Below are positions 41,685 to 58,350 of a DNA stretch of 64,000 nucleotides, piece by piece. Position numbers and translations under genes: made by a program. The DNA comes from the human T2T-CHM13v2.0 reference genome, Homo sapiens. Position 1 is the stretch's first letter, and every line of letters starts with the position of its first letter. Under the pieces are notes generated by a model. The model saw only the letters and a program-made list of their open reading frames with translations, ran no database searches and was not told the origin of the DNA. The DNA is taken from assembly GCF_009914755.1 (NCBI RefSeq), contig NC_060941.1, one strand, 5' to 3'.

Positions 41685-44600
41685 GTGAGCGCCCCCCGGC
41701 GCCGAGCTGAGCCCGCTCCGTGTGCGCCCGGGTCGCGCGCCGCCCGCGCGCCCGAGCCCGACCAGGGCGGCCCCGGGGCCGCGCGCCGGGCCAGGAGGCT
41801 GGGACTTTGGGGGTCTTCCCGGCGCGGCCACCCGGGACCCGGGCTGCTGGGGTGGTGAGCCCGGCGCCGGCCGCTCACAGGTGGCCACCCCCGCCCGGGC
41901 CCCCCCATCCCATGCGCGCCGCGGCCCGGTCAGTCCCCAGCTCCAGGCCCGGGGAGCACTCCCCGCTCCGACGGCCCTGCTCGGCCCCCGCGCGCTCGCC
42001 TTGGCGTCGGCGGGAACGGAGCCGCGCGCCGGGCCCCGGAAGCCCTCGGACCGGTCGGGGTCGTAGCACACCCGGGCAGGGCCGGGGCGGCGGGGGCGGC
42101 GGGCCCAGGGGTTGCGGCGGCCAGGACGGCATGGGGGCTGTCTGAAGGCCGCGGTCGGCGCGGTGGCACCGTGGGGCTCCTCCAGGCGCGGTTGCGCGAG
42201 CCTCGGGCACTTCATTCTCAACAGGCTTTCCCTTCCCACAACTCCTGCCCGGCGCCCATGCTGGGGCCTAAGGTGGGAGGTCGGAGCGCGGGCAGGCTGG
42301 ATGGGTGGACGGATAATCTATCATCTTATGTAACCGCGGAGAGAGAAGACTAATTGTGTAGGAGGCTGACGTGCCTGCCTTTGCTTCAGATGTGTTAAGA
42401 GTGGCATCCACGTTCTCGTCTGCGAAATGACAGGTTCACATCCAAGGGCCGCAGAGCACCGCTGGAAGCCTCCCCTGCCGCCCCCTCCCCAGTCGTTTTT
42501 GTGGCTGGGATACCGACAAACAGGCCCTTGGTTTTCTCTTTCTTCAGCATCCGTTCTCGGTCCAGACCCCCACGCCTGAGCCCGGCAGCTGCCGGGGAGC
42601 ATTTTCTCAGAGGAGAAACCCCTGCCCTGGGTGTCCCTGGGTCCTGGGCGATCTCTTACAGATGTGCTTTGTTTCAAAACTGTCTGCAGGTTCAGTGACA
42701 GGCTGGGCGATGAGTGGAGTGGGTATTTACCCGGCAGTCGCTGGTTCATGTTTCCTAACCGGCTTGCACCCTGCCCGGCAGAGTAACTGTTTCTGATTGT
42801 GGTAGGCGGCCAAGGCGTGCCTGGCCAGGGGCCTGGGAAGCCCTCTTAGCTCTCAGGCTTGGGAGAGCCAGATGGAGGCTTCAGGGGTGGCCCCTCTGGT
42901 TCCAGCTGGAGTGCAGGGGGCCGATTGCACTTGAATACAGCTTTCAATAAAGCTTGTGAAGTTGGGGCCGCGTCAGTCTGGAAGGTTTCTGAAGGCGGGT
43001 GTGCGGTCGACTAGATGAGTCCTAAAGCCACGTCGGAGCCACTGGGAAACAGGATTCAGGGTGACCTGAGGAGTCGGCTTGGGAAAGGCACAGGTCCTGG
43101 GGTTGTTAAGTTTGGTTTCACAGAGTCTGTGGCATACGGTTCTGGCCTTGTTGCTCTGTGGAAGCACATGTTGTCAAGGGAGGGAGGTTTATTAAATTAT
43201 TAGTCATTAGCTCCATTACGACTTGTTTGTGATTGCAGAGGGTGGAAGAGAAGTACCAGCGGAACCTTTTTCCTATTTTTTCTCCTTCTGCGCTGAAACC
43301 AGAAAGCAGGAACTTTCGTGGTGAGAGTTGGCAGGGGGTGAGTACATGGAGTGGTTTTGCTCTGGGGGACCGACCCCGTGATCGTCCTTAATAAAACTCT
43401 CCTAACCGGGCAGTCGGCCTTCACCTAGGTGAAGCTGTAATTTATCTGCAGGTCTAAGTGAAATCTGCTGGCAGGAAAACTCTTAGGACTGAGTGTTTGG
43501 GGACTTTGAGCCCCTGTGGACGCAGACCAGCTGGTCTGGAGCACGTGAAACACACAGGTTCTGCGTTTTGTCTTCCACGGGTGGGTTAATTGGTGATTTT
43601 CCCAAGTGAAGATGTGGCGGTTGATGATTTGATTTAGCACGGCAGGACGCGGTGGGCCGCAGGTGTCTGAAGGGTCGATCCACTCTGGAAAGGCTTTGCC
43701 CTGGTGACAGGCTTGCGCTGCTGCTGCTGCACACAGGCGGGGTTGGTTTTGTAGGTAGGTGGCTCCTGCTGCCACTCCGGGAGCCTGACTGCTGAGTCTT
43801 TGAGACCTTTTTGTGCTTTGTCACTGGGGAGCTCAAGGTGCCTTGGTAGTGCCGGTACTGGTTGGGCAGCTTTTGGCAATGTCAGCCAGGCAGAAACTCA
43901 GCCCACATGGAGACATAGTCAGGAGACCGCTGAGGCCACCGGTGTGCACTCCTGGGCCGGTCCAGCCGGTCCAGGCAGTGCTGAGCTCTGTCCTCTCCTG
44001 GGACGGTGCTGCCTCTGGCATTCCTTCCCGGGGCCGCTCCTGTGCCTGGGTTGGCGGCTTGCAGAGCCCTGGCAGTGCCTCTTGGAACGGCTGTGCTGTG
44101 GCCTGCTTAGTGTCACCCGCGATGCGGCTCAGCTGTTTGGTTTGGTTTGGACATTGCATCGCCTTAACTGCAGTTCTGAGTGGTGTTTGCCTTGGCAAAG
44201 GAGGACGCTTGTCCTTGGCCTTGGTGATTAAAAATGCGAGAATAAAAAGTGCAGTTTTGATTTTCTTCCCCGTAAGAATCCGTAACGCAGACTTTGACCT
44301 CTTTTCTGGTGGCTCCATTCCCTTGGGAGCTGTGTCCTCGGGGAATTTCATGGAAGATGAAGGGGAGGGGAGTGGAACGGCTTCCCGGTGTTTGCCGAGA
44401 ACATAATCTCAGACCTTCTGGGGGCACTGCGTGGGCTGGGCCCTGCAGGTGTTGGGAGGGCAAGGCGCGGAAGACCCCTTCCTCCACAGGAGCCCGGGCC
44501 CAGCGCTTGCTCAGGTTGCCCTGGGTAGTGGCCCAGATGGAGGGATGGAGTGCTGGAATCTGCCTCCCCCGGTGGCCTTTGGAATTAAGGCTACTGAAGC

Positions 44601-47600
44601 TGCAGCCCTCTTGGGGAAGCCCCGTGCATCCCTGTGTGCTGAGGGGCTGGCTCCCTGGCTGGCTGTGGCTCCTGGAATGCCAGGAGAATGTCAGGTGGGT
44701 GTTTTCCTCAAGGTCTCGTGTCCGCAGAGAAGCCCTGGCTCCCAGGTGACCCATGACCTGGAGTGTGGCGGCTCCACCACCTTCTCTGGGCATAGTGCCA
44801 TTGGCCCACAGCCTGTCCTAGAATATGTGAGGTTGAGAGAGCATCTGGGGAGGAGGAGGAGTCCCTGTTGCAGACGTGGCCATGGCCTTCCTTGTGCCGA
44901 GGCTCTTGGCCCTGGCTGGTCACTCTAGCAGCTGGTGGGGAAGCCAGCCTGGCGGGGCCGCAGCCGTGCTTCGAGGAGACGGGTGCCACAGGGTTCCTGG
45001 AGCCAGGAGCCAGTTGGGTTTGCCGCCTCTGGTGTGATTGGTAAGGGCTGGCGCCAGGTGGTGGGCGTCATGTGCTGGGTGGCAGGGAGCACACTGCCGG
45101 CTTTTCTGCTCCGTGCCCGGCTGCCCGGGCCTGGCTGTTCCTCTCTGCCACATCCAGCTTCTTCCTGGGGTGTGCAGAGCTCACCATCCCCTCCATTTGG
45201 AGACGGTGGGGGGTGGTCTCTGACAGGCACCTCCTGCTGACAGGCACCTCCTGGCATTGGAGTCGCCTTCCTCGAGGGGGGGCAGCAGACCCGGCACCTG
45301 AGGAGGAGAGAAATCACAGTGCTGGACCCAGCTCCGTGCGCGTGTACATGTGTATGTGTGTCCGTGTGTGCACACGTGCATGCAGTGCTTTGTGTTTAAG
45401 GATACTTCCTGGGGTGGCCCCCATGGGCACCATCTTGCCGCAGGGTGGCTGGGTCTGCTGTCACTGAGTAGACCTGGCCTGCATTTTCTCTACATGTGCA
45501 TGTCTGTGTTACCCGCCCTCGCCACCGCCAGCCTTTAGCAGGGGGCACGTCTCCCAGGAGCAGTGCTGATGTGGTCCCCTTGGTGGGGTGGCCAGGGCAC
45601 AAAGACCGGCTGCCGTGTCATGCTGCCCTCTGGGCTGCCCAGCCTGTGTGGGCTTTGGCCCCAGGCACTGTCCTGCCAGTTGTTGGCTCCAGGGTGTACA
45701 ACCCTTCTGCTGGTGCTTGCTCAGCGTCCCATGCCTGCTGGCTCCAGGTGGCGTCCAGCGTTCGCTTGGTGTCCCATGCCTGCTGTGCCGTTGGTGGCTG
45801 CATGAAGTCCGTGTCTACCGATGGATGTGGCCAGGCGTTCTGGGATGTGGCGCTTGTGGAGTTGTGGGCTGCTTGGGGGAGAGTGTCCTGCCCGTGCCTG
45901 CTGTCCCCACAGCCTTGCCTTGAGCAAGTATTCTTCGTTGGGGAGATTGGTTGGCTCGTGGTACTGCCCGAGTGGACCTGAGGTTCAGGATTAAAGTGAA
46001 GGCCGGTGCTGCCCTGGGCTTTCAGGGGCCACCGTTAGATGGGAGGGCAGTGGGTGGGGGCTGCTGGGAGCTGTGTTCCTGTTGCTGCCTTGTCTTCGAC
46101 TGAAGCTTCCAAAGGTGGAGACCTGAGGGCCAAGCCCTGTCTGCTGGCTACAGGCACCATGGGCTGAACTGTCCAGGATAGGTGGTCTTGCAGGGGAGGG
46201 CTGGTGTGTGACCTGGCCATTGAATAGGAGGGGCCTGTCCTCCTTCCGAGCTCCAGGAGGCAGACTGGCCGGGAGGCTGAAGCCCGGTTCACCCTTCTCC
46301 CCAGTTCACAGGTCTGGGCCCTGGTCAGGGGAGCAACCCCAGCGTCACTGCAGGAGTGGCAGGTGGTGAGCAGAGCTGGACATCACCACTTGTCTCCACC
46401 CAGCCTTGCATGGCCCTCTCTGCCAGCTGCCCTGGGCTAGTGTTGCCTGTGGGTGCCACCATGGGTGGGGACACTCGCCACCGTCTGTGGAGGCGGGGTG
46501 CCACTGACTGCTGGTTGAGGCTGGCTCCTGTCCTTCCTTACATTGAGCCAGAGTCTGCCCTGTGTTGCCTTCCCAGCCACCTTGTCTGGTGACTTTCTTT
46601 GAGGCCCCAGGATAGGGAAGCATCTTTGTGGCTGCACAGAGCCCGTGGTCCCCTGGAAGCTCTGCACTTGGGCAGCCGGCGCCGTCAGCCGCCCCCCACA
46701 GCCTGCGCTAAGATCCCTAGTAATTACAGGCAGGCGGGGATGGTGCTGGCACCGGCCTCCAACGCACTTCCACCTCCCCCGAGCGCTGATTCATTCCTGG
46801 CCCCTGGCTGTGCCTGTACAGCTGCACAATGACTTGAGGGGCCTCAACCCAGAGGCAGAAAGGGAGGCCGAGAAGGGACCCGTTTGGCTCTGTGACTGCA
46901 AGGGCTTGATCTGTCCTGCCCACGGATTCCTCCTTTGGGCGTGGAACGGCGGCCAGCCTGTGAGGGGCCCATCGGTATTTGGGAATGAACACATCTTGTT
47001 TCTGGATTCTGGAGCATTCATGCTTGAATCACTGTCCCGCCTTTGCTGAGGGTCTGCTCCCCGGGCGGTGGCCTGGGCCCTCTGAGAGCTCCCTGGAGGT
47101 GGTGGCAGCTCACACCACATGCAGTTGGAATCCCTGTTTCCCAGGGCTGTGGGCAGTGCAGGCTGAGGAGGTGGCCCTGGTGTGGGGCTGGCCTAGGCAG
47201 GCTGAGGGCTATTTCTCCTACTGTGGCCCAGGGGCTCTTGGTGTTGGTCCTGCAACAAGGGGACCAGAAAGCCCAGGGAGCAAGAGTGGAGGAGGCTGTG
47301 GAGATGGTGGGGAGGTAGGGCCTGAGCCCATGCTGTGCTGAGGAGTCCCCTCTAGGGGGCAGGAGGCTGGGGATCTGCCTCTGGCGGGGGCCCGTTTCTG
47401 CCTGTCAGGCACAGTGGCGCCCCCAGCACCTCCCTCAAGTTAACCCCCATCTGCCCCTGGTCTTTTTGACTCACGCTATAGAGCCTTGTCTGCTGGCTCT
47501 TGGTTTGGTCACCCCTGAGCTTTGGAAAATGCTGCCTGGTCCTTGGGCTTCCTGCCAGGCCTGCCGGGAGGAGTCTTGCCTGGCCAGTCCCCTGGCCATA

Positions 47601-47898
47601 TGACCTTGGCCAAATCTTGCTCCCTGGGCAGTGGGTACAGCGGGCAGGATGCTCCCAGGGTCCCTGGAGGCTCCGGGGCCTGTCCCAGGTCAGGTGGCAC
47701 CAGCCTTGGTATCCTCAGTGCTCTAGTCCTCACTCTGATGGGCAGGGGTGGGATGCACGCGGCACCATGAGATCTGATGTCCTGGGCCATGAGGTGCTGG
47801 GGACCCCTTGTTGGGGGAAAGGCTGTCAGTTACAACAGGGTGCTTTTGCTCTTGCTTAGAGTTTTTATTTTATACTTACTGGAACAGTTGTCTTATAA

Positions 47899-49538
<1,640 letters not shown>

Positions 49539-50799
49539 CTAGGTGGGGCTTTTAAACCAGTGGGTGTGGTGGAGGCCGAGATGCCACCACCTGAAATGAA
49601 GTGGACCTGGGTCCCCCCATACCCGTTTTTCCAGCCCCCTCTTCCGTGGCCGACTATGTCTGCCAGAGGAGGCCTGTGTCCATCTCCATTTGCCCCACCA
49701 CGGAAAGCCCGTCCTCACGCAGTCCAGGCATGGATGGAGCATCAGCCTCCACCTGTCCTGCTCCTGGGCTGAGACTCCAGGGCCTCGGTGGCCCCAGGCC
49801 GTGGAGCAGAGCTGTGGGCTGCGGTCCGACCGGTGGCAGGAGTCCCATCTAGGGATGTGGCTGTGAAGCTGGGGTGCTGGGGCCTGGGCGGTGTCACTGC
49901 TGTCTCATGCTCTGGCTCTGGGGACGGCTGGGCCCACAGCGTCCTGGCACCCGGGAGGCCCTGTCACTGCTCACACTGGAGCGTCCTGGCACCCGGGAGG
50001 CCCTGCCACTGTGCACACCGGACACTGCGCTGGACATTCTCTGTGCTCAGCCTCGTTACTGTTGATTCGTGTGCGGGTCCTGGGTGTCCCTGCCTGACAG
50101 GGGATCCTCGGTTCAGGGAGAAGTGTGTCCCCGCCCGTAAGCTGGAGTGGCTGAGCTCATTGAAACTGCAGAGCCAACTCCAGGGCCCTCTGGCTCTCCA
50201 GCCGCGCGTCTGTCCTTCCGTTCGGGAGTTCGAGGAGTTCAGGAAGGCGTTCTCGCCGCGGGGTCTCTGTTTTCTCATTAATTCAGTGAGACGATAGCGT
50301 ATTTCCTGGCACAGAGAGTACTGGGTAAGTGGTGGCCACAATCGCTAGCTTGTGGGACAGAAAGTTCTTCAGAGATCAGAGGTCAGTGGTCCAGAGCAGG
50401 AAAGCCCCGCCCCGAAGCTGCTTGCCACTGTCTGCTTTCCTGGGATCCTGTGTTCCTGAGTGTGGCCACAGCCCCCGGGCTGGCACCTCCCACCTGCCTG
50501 ACCTGAGGTTGGTGGGAGGTGGGGCCGTACAGGCATTCCTAAGCTGCCTCCCTGCTTGCTCAGCCACGGTTGCTCCTCCAGCCGTGAGCCCAGCCCGAAA
50601 GACCGGCCAGTGCCTTCACAGGGAGGGGATGGATGGGGCAGCGGCCTCGGGGATTCTTGCAGGCCAGGCGGTGACCAGACTTGGGTCTGCGATTGGCGGT
50701 AATGAGTGACCTAGTGACCGGGCCTTTCCACGTTGGAGGGGGACCAACACGGCGCCACAGACTGGTGTGCCCACAGGACGGCCGTGGCACCTGGCTCGT

Positions 50800-50988
50800 C
50801 CCTATGTTATCTGTGCCCTCTTTCTTGTAAGGCGCTGGTCCTATGGGATTAGGGCCCGCCCTAGTGACCCCAGTTACTTTTATCGCCTTCCTAAAGACCC
50901 TGTTTCCAAACACAGTTGCACTGCGCGATGCCGGGGCTTAGAACTTCAACACGTGCATCTTGGGAGGGGACACAGTTCAGCCGTGACA
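50800..50988 (-). mobile_element. MLT1 (MaLR) LTR fragment
   Basis: ggattagggccc...aaagaccctgtttccaaa...ggggacacagttcagccgtgaca. Confidence 0.7.
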
Positions 50989-53834
50989 CCCAGCGGACCC
51001 CACCCGTGACGGAGTGCAGTAGCTGCTGGAGGGGCCGAGTCTCCCATGTTGCCTGGAGGTGACCACCTGTCTGTCTTCAGGCTGATTGTATTACGAGCCT
51101 ATGATGGTTTTCCCTTCCAACCTCAGTCAGATCGCAGCCCGCAGTTTATGACAACAGGAAGGTTTCCACGGGGACAGCTGATTCTATTGGACGAGCAGTC
51201 AGCTGGCAAGGCGCCAGCTCAGTGCTGGCCACAGGCGAAAGGCAGCCGGAATGCACCGTCCCGTGTGGGCCGGACACCCCGTGAGGCTGAGCAGTTGCTA
51301 AGTTCTGTGACCCGGGCCAGGGTGGCCGGACATTGGAAGGTGTGTGTAAGGGGCTCTGTCCCCATTGAAGCTGGGATAGGCAGGATGTGCCTCTCGGACA
51401 GGAAGGAAGTGGCCAGACTGCTTGGTGCTGTGTTTGGACTTTGCTGGGCTGCGGCTCCTCCTGCGTGGGCCGGGTCATGGTGTCCTGCGTGCAAGGCCCC
51501 ACGTGTGGCTTTTGCCCTTGTGGACCTCTGCTCCTTGGGACCTCGTTCAGGAGGGCTCAGACTTGGGGCCCCTGAGAGTTGAGGACGCCAGGGGAAAGCT
51601 CGCAGAGGGCGTGCAGGTGTCCAAGGCCCATGGAAAGGGAGATGCTGCTGCAACCCTGAAAGGGAAGCAGGGCCCCAGGCTGGGGCTGGGGGCCCAGGGG
51701 AATGGCCGTGTGGCCCTTCCCACAGGCGGAGGGCAGAAGCGCCTGGCTCAGGAGCTGACCTTAGTGTTGGCATTTGTCCCTGTTGTTTTTAGCTGCAGCA
51801 TTCATGGTCCCTGTCCTGGGGCCTCCCAGGAGCCTGGCGGGTAGGGCAGGCAGCATGAGGGAAGGAGTCCCTGCACCTCGGACCCCTCCTGGCGGGAGGC
51901 CACCTGCTCCTGGTCATATCTGGGCACCGTGCCAAAGACACAAGGAATCACTTTATTATGATGTGGATGGCTTTTCTGTGGGTGCTCCTGGAGGCTGAGA
52001 ACTGGAGCTACCACCTTAGGGGACATCCCAGCCCCTCACGCTGATCCCACCATGACCCATGGCCAGGCTGCCCGGGGCCCTGCAGGAGTCCCTGGTATGC
52101 GTGGGACCTGGGTGTCTCCCTTCGGTCTTCCAGGAGGGGCTGGGGTGTGCCCTCCATCTGTCTGATCTGAGTGGCTCTGGGGGAGTCTGGGTCAGCCAGG
52201 CCACGCCGAAGCTGCCCTTGGAGAAGCCTAGTGGCCCCTCCTGACCCCCCGGGGAAGGGTGGGGGACCAGCCCCCTCTGTTGTGGAACAGGCTGGCCTCT
52301 TCCTGCCTCCAGAGAGGTGCCTGCTTCCTGACACCCAGAGCCCTCTGCGGGGTCTCATGGCCTGGGGGGGCTCATGGTGGGGGCCCCTGGCACGGCAGAG
52401 GGGTTTGGCCACCCAGTTTTCTTCTCCCCTCGGCTGTGGGGACCCTATTAATACTCACAGGGAGGCAGAGCTGCCGGCTCCTGCACGCCCAGCTGCAGGG
52501 GGTAAGGAGGAGGATGGTGTCTCTGCCTGGTTTGTCACCGTCCCCCTTGGGATCCCGTTCTGCAGGCTCCAGCCCACCTTCAGGCCCCCGTCCTAACCCT
52601 GCGCGCCGTTTCCTCCCAGAAACTTCCATGCATCCCCTCGTTTCCTAAATCCGTGTACATGTGTTTGTAGTTTGTCTCCGACTCAAACCAAGTAAGATGC
52701 AGTTCAAGATCTGCCTCCTCCAGGCAGCCCTCCCAGCTGTGCTCCTGGAGTTGGTTTTCTTCCTTCAGGAAGGATCCTCCAGGACAGATGTCCAAGTGTT
52801 TAGAGGGGACAGGACTGTCCACACCACTCCAGCCAGGCTTCCTTCACACCCCCACAGCCCCCACTCCTCTTGCCCTGTGAGCCAGCTCCCAGGCTCTGGA
52901 GCTCATCGGTGCTCCTGTGTGTGGGGTCAGCAGTGGCCCGCCCTGGAGGACGCTGCCACCTTCCCGATGCTCTCTGCCCACAGAAGTCCCCCAACCCCCC
53001 TGGCAGCCAAGGGAACTGAGCCTGTGGCCCCCGGACAGCAAGCTCTGAGGTGTCCTCCCGCGAGGACACTGTCCACTGCTGCAGGGCCCCTCCTGTACCT
53101 CCCTAGTCCATGCTGTACATGAGGCCGGGGGTTTCCAGGCTTGGCTCTGTCCCGTGCGCCCTTCCCTGGAGCCTGGCATCCTAGGCAGAGTCCCGTCAAG
53201 TCTACGTGGACCAGAGTCGTGGGTGCTGTGAGGTCCGTGTCTGTGTGTGGGGTCCTCATGCTGTGGCTGTGGTGGCACAGCGGGCTGGGGGAAGCCCCTC
53301 TGGCACTGCCGGCCCCGCAGCTGCCACCGGCTTCTGCCTGTCGCGACAGAGGTGGAAGTGAGGGCGGTGGTCCAGTGAGCAACAGCAGCCTGGCCCCTCA
53401 GGAGCTGTGCTGGTCCGTGGGCGAGGGAGTGGGTGGGCAGGGCCCCTCCCCTCAACAGTCAGCCACCCTGGGCATTGGCCCTCCTGGGAGAGGCCAGGTG
53501 GATCGAGTCACCCTTTTTCCTGATATTACTGGAATGTGGCCTTTGGGAGCATGTCAGGTGCAACACCAGGACCAATTGGGAGAGAGGGACCGGGCTGGCT
53601 GTGTGGTCAGCAGGGTTGAAGCCAGGACTCGGGGCTCCACCAAGAGCTGACAGGCTGGCCCCTGCCTTCCTGAGCCTCACTTTCATCTTGTCCAGTGTAA
53701 GATGGGACAGTGACTCTCATGGAGGGGCTGGGTGAGGATTAGGGTGATGAGGGTCTAAGGCAGCTGGAGAGGGTCCTAGCATCGACTCTTTCTCTGTTTG
53801 TTTTTCTGAGTAGATAGAAAACACGGCTCAGCCT

Positions 53835-54295
53835 GGCCACACACAGACACATGTAGCACACACACAGGTCCACATGTGTCCAGCACACGCATGAGTGCAC
53901 ATGCACAGGTAAACACGTTCATGCCCACAGCACACACATGGGTCCAGCTCATGCCCACAGCACACACGGGTCCACGTGTGTCCAGCACACGTGTGAGTGT
54001 ACACGCACAGGTAAACGCAGCTCATGCTCATAGCACACACACAGGTCCATCTCATGCCCACAGCACACGCACGGGTCCACATGCGTCCAGCACATGTGTG
54101 AGTGTGCATGCACAAGTAAACATGCAGCTCATGCCCACAGCACACACACAGGCCCAGCTCATGCCCACAGCACACAAGGGGTCCACATGCATCTAGCACA
54201 CTCGTGAGTGTACATGCACAGGTAAACGCATGCAGCACATGGCCGCAGCACACACACGGATATATGTGCATGCATGGGTCCATATGCACGCAGGC
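53835..54295 (+). repeat. Degenerate CA-rich higher-order tandem repeat (~102-106 bp x ~4, built from ~27 bp subunits)
   Basis: gcac..gtgagtg..catgcacaggtaaac recurs with GTAAAC at 53909, 54011, 54116 and 54222. Confidence 0.8.
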
Positions 54296-54472
54296 CCTAG
54301 GGGTGTGGCCATACGCGCCCACCCTGGCATCTGCCTTGAGGGGCTGGAGGGAGGTGGGGGACACTCTCTGTCAGCAGAGAGACTGCTTTTGTTTGTGGCC
54401 ATCCTGCCAGGAAAGCGCTGGAGAGGCGGCCAGCGTCACAGGAAGGAGAGCCAAGGGATAAACAGAATTCCT

Positions 54473-54748
54473 GGCCGGGAGCAGTGGCTCTCGCCTGTAA
54501 TCCCAGCACTTTGGGAGGCTGAGGCAGGCGGATCGCTTGAGGTCGGGAGTTCGAGACTAGCCTGGCCAACATGGTGAAACCCCGTCTCTACTGAAATACA
54601 AAAATTAGCTGGGTGTGGTGGTGCACACCTGTAATCCCAGCTGCTCAGGAGGCTGAGGCAGGAGAATCACTTGCTGAGAATGCACCACTGCACTCCAGCC
54701 TGGGCGACAGAGCAAGACCCTGTCTCAAAAAAAAAAAAAAAAAAAAAA
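54473..54748 (+). mobile_element. AluS with internal deletion
   Basis: TSD agaattcctg; the right arm lacks ~30 nt after gaatcacttg. Confidence 0.92.
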
Positions 54749-57707
54749 GAATTCCTGAGCAGACGGAAGGTGGACCCCAGCACGGCCCAGGAGTGGGCAG
54801 GAGAGCAAAGTCCTTTGGCAGAGGTCCTTTCTGTAAATGTACTGGCCACTCTCCCTTTGTTCCCCAAGTTGGGAGGAGGTGGAGATGACGGGGGTTTTGC
54901 TGCTGCCTTGTGCCCACACTGGCCAGGCCGGCCCGTAGCACTGAATCATAATGGCCATCAGTCTCCAGGCTGGCCAGCAGTGTCCAGCAGCTCGCCAGCC
55001 AAAAGGGCTCCCTGGGCTCATCAATGTTCTCTGACGGCCACCTCTGCAACTGATGGACACGGCCCTCCCATTTGTACCTTCAGAAATGCATAGCTGGGGT
55101 CCCTGGGGGCTGTAGTAGGGACAGCTAGGGTCCCTGCTGTGGTCAAGGCCTGGATTCCATGCGACTCCAGGGCCACTGGGACATCCGTCTCTGTGGACGT
55201 CCCAGCAGGAGGGCAGCCAAGCGTGCGGGCATCCCTGGGCAGGGACCCCTCCTCTCCCGGCACTTCGCGGCATGCGTCCTATGAGGGGAAGCCTTCCATG
55301 GCGTGTGTGGGAGCCCCTCGTGGGCCGGACCGCCTTCATGGGCAGGACCCCCTTCATAGGCAGGCCGGCCCAGGACCCCCCCTGGGGTGGGAAAGGTGTT
55401 CCCTGGTCAATAGTGAATGAACAAACGAGGAACTGGAAGTCCGTGCCGGCCCGGGAACGCGGCCCAGGGAGCCAGTGCGTGGTCGCCGGGGGCACAGCAG
55501 AGCTCTGCACGCGCCGGGCTGCGTTTGTACTGCACAGGTCCTGGAGTTTGAGGAGTGTGGTGGTTGCTCATGGTGTAGGATTTCTGTCCTGGCAGGGGGG
55601 CATGGGGTCACAGAACGTGGGCCCCTGGGGAGCTCTCTCTGTGCCTGTGGCCCCCCAGGAGTCTCTCAGTTTTGCTGTGGTCTTGAGGATGGCACAGCGT
55701 GTCCCTGAGCGCCCTCAGTGTGGACAGCTGGGCTTCAAACTCACTTCAGAGCCGCCGTGTGGGGGTGGCGCCTCTGAGGGCTTGAGGTTATTTTCTTGTG
55801 CGGTTTCTCTCTCCTGGCCTAGGTTTTTCTGGGTTTTTTGCACCTCTTGGTGTTGATAAGAAACAAGCTCCCTTCCCCTTTTAAAGCCCACAGACTTTCC
55901 CGATCTCCTCCCCATCCCCTGCCCCAGCACTGTCAGGGCGTCTGGGCATCTGAGCTCAGCTCCTTCCTGGTGGCATCCTGCAAAAAGATACACTCGCTCA
56001 GTGACTCGGAAAAGCCACGTTGGTGTGGCTGAGAACAGAGTTCTTTCCACCTGGGGCCGCTGCTGTTGGTTTTCATTCCGGAAGAGCTGGAGCTGCCTGT
56101 CACTGGCTCCCCTGCCCCCACCTGGGGACCCCCAGGCACTGCAAAGTGCCTGTTGGCTATGGGCCCCCGGACCAGGACCTTGGCCTGATTAGGGGAGCCG
56201 GAGGTGGAAGTGGAGGCGGGACTGGAGTGTATGCCCCACAGTGGGCTCTCCTCAGGCTGGGGACTTCCACACGGGCCCACTGGGTCAGGATGGCCCGTGC
56301 CTGTGTTCTAGGATAATGGGATGGACTGGTTCGGAGGCTCAGAGAGACGCCTGACCAGACGCCTGACTGGAGATGGTCTCCCAGCAGAGGGGCTGGGCTC
56401 TTCAGGGGCCACTGGGCTCCTCCCGTGGTTCCTGGGAGAGGGAGGAACCCGGAGGAGGGGTGGGTGGCACCTACAGTGCGTGCCTGAGGCAGGGCTCCAC
56501 AGAAGGCCTCTCTGCTGGCCCAGCGGCTGGATGCAGATGCAGAAGGAGGAACTGGCCCTTCCGCCCGCCCGGGAAGGGGAGTCCCCCCTTACAATGTTGG
56601 CTCAGTGGGATCGATGCCTCTGCCATTGCCTTCGGGCCAGGACGGCAGCACTTGCGTGTCCCGGCCGCCGCCCCTCTCTTGCAGATGGAGGCAGGGCCGT
56701 GCCCAGGTGTCCTGGTGGCTGTTCCCTGCCTGCTGTCTCCTGCATTCCTTCCGTGTGAGCTCAGCTGCTGCACTAAGGAAGCGAAACCTTGGTGCTGCCC
56801 CGTGCGTCATGCGGTAGGCATGGCCGCCGTGCTGACCCGCCGTGGTTGGCCCTGGGTGGCTCCTGGCCTGTTTCTCCTGCTGCTCAGGATGTTAGTGGAG
56901 CTCACAGGGCTCAGGTTGAGCCTCTTCCACCCAGGGGCCTGTGGGGGTCATGGTCCTGGAGCCAAGCGCGTGGGGCTCTTGTGAGCAAGGGGTCTGCTCT
57001 GGCACGCCCACCTCCGTGGTAGTGTTTTCATACCTGTGTCACACAGGGTGAGAAACATGCTTGATGCTGCAGCTCAGCACACACACGCACACATGCACAC
57101 GTGGACACACATGCACACATGCATGTGTGTATGCACACATGGGCACAGATGTGCATGCAGACATGAGCACACGCACACCAGAACACTAGAGTCGGCCGCA
57201 TCCTCCTCACTTGGCTGATGCCCCCTTCTGCTTGATTTCATCACAAGAAACGCGCATCCGGCAGCATTTCCCGACCGCCTTCACCGCCAGTCCCGGTCTG
57301 CATGGTCAGTTTGAACCAGGCTGCCGAGAGCGCACCAGGTCCCAGCATTCTCCTCTCTGCTGGTAACTCTTCAGGCATTGTCTCTGGCTCACGTTCTCCT
57401 GGGCGCCAGACCTATCTCACCCCACTCCCGGTGTGGCCTCCCTGCCCCGGCTCCCAGGCACTCCTGGGAGTTCAAGTGTCCAGGCTCCTGGTTCATTGCT
57501 GAGTGTTTAGCTCAGTGCTAACGCTGCTGTGCTCCAGCATCCCCGTCCCTTTAGGACAGAGGCCTGCGTGGTACGTGCCTCTCTGCTCCAGCATCCCCGT
57601 CCCTTTAGATCAGAGGCCTGCGTAGCACATGCCTCTCTTCCCCTCTGACATCCCAGAGCCTCTGATGGGTCTCCCAGCATACGCCAGGGCCCTTGGCTAA
57701 AATCTAG

Positions 57708-58350
<643 letters not shown>

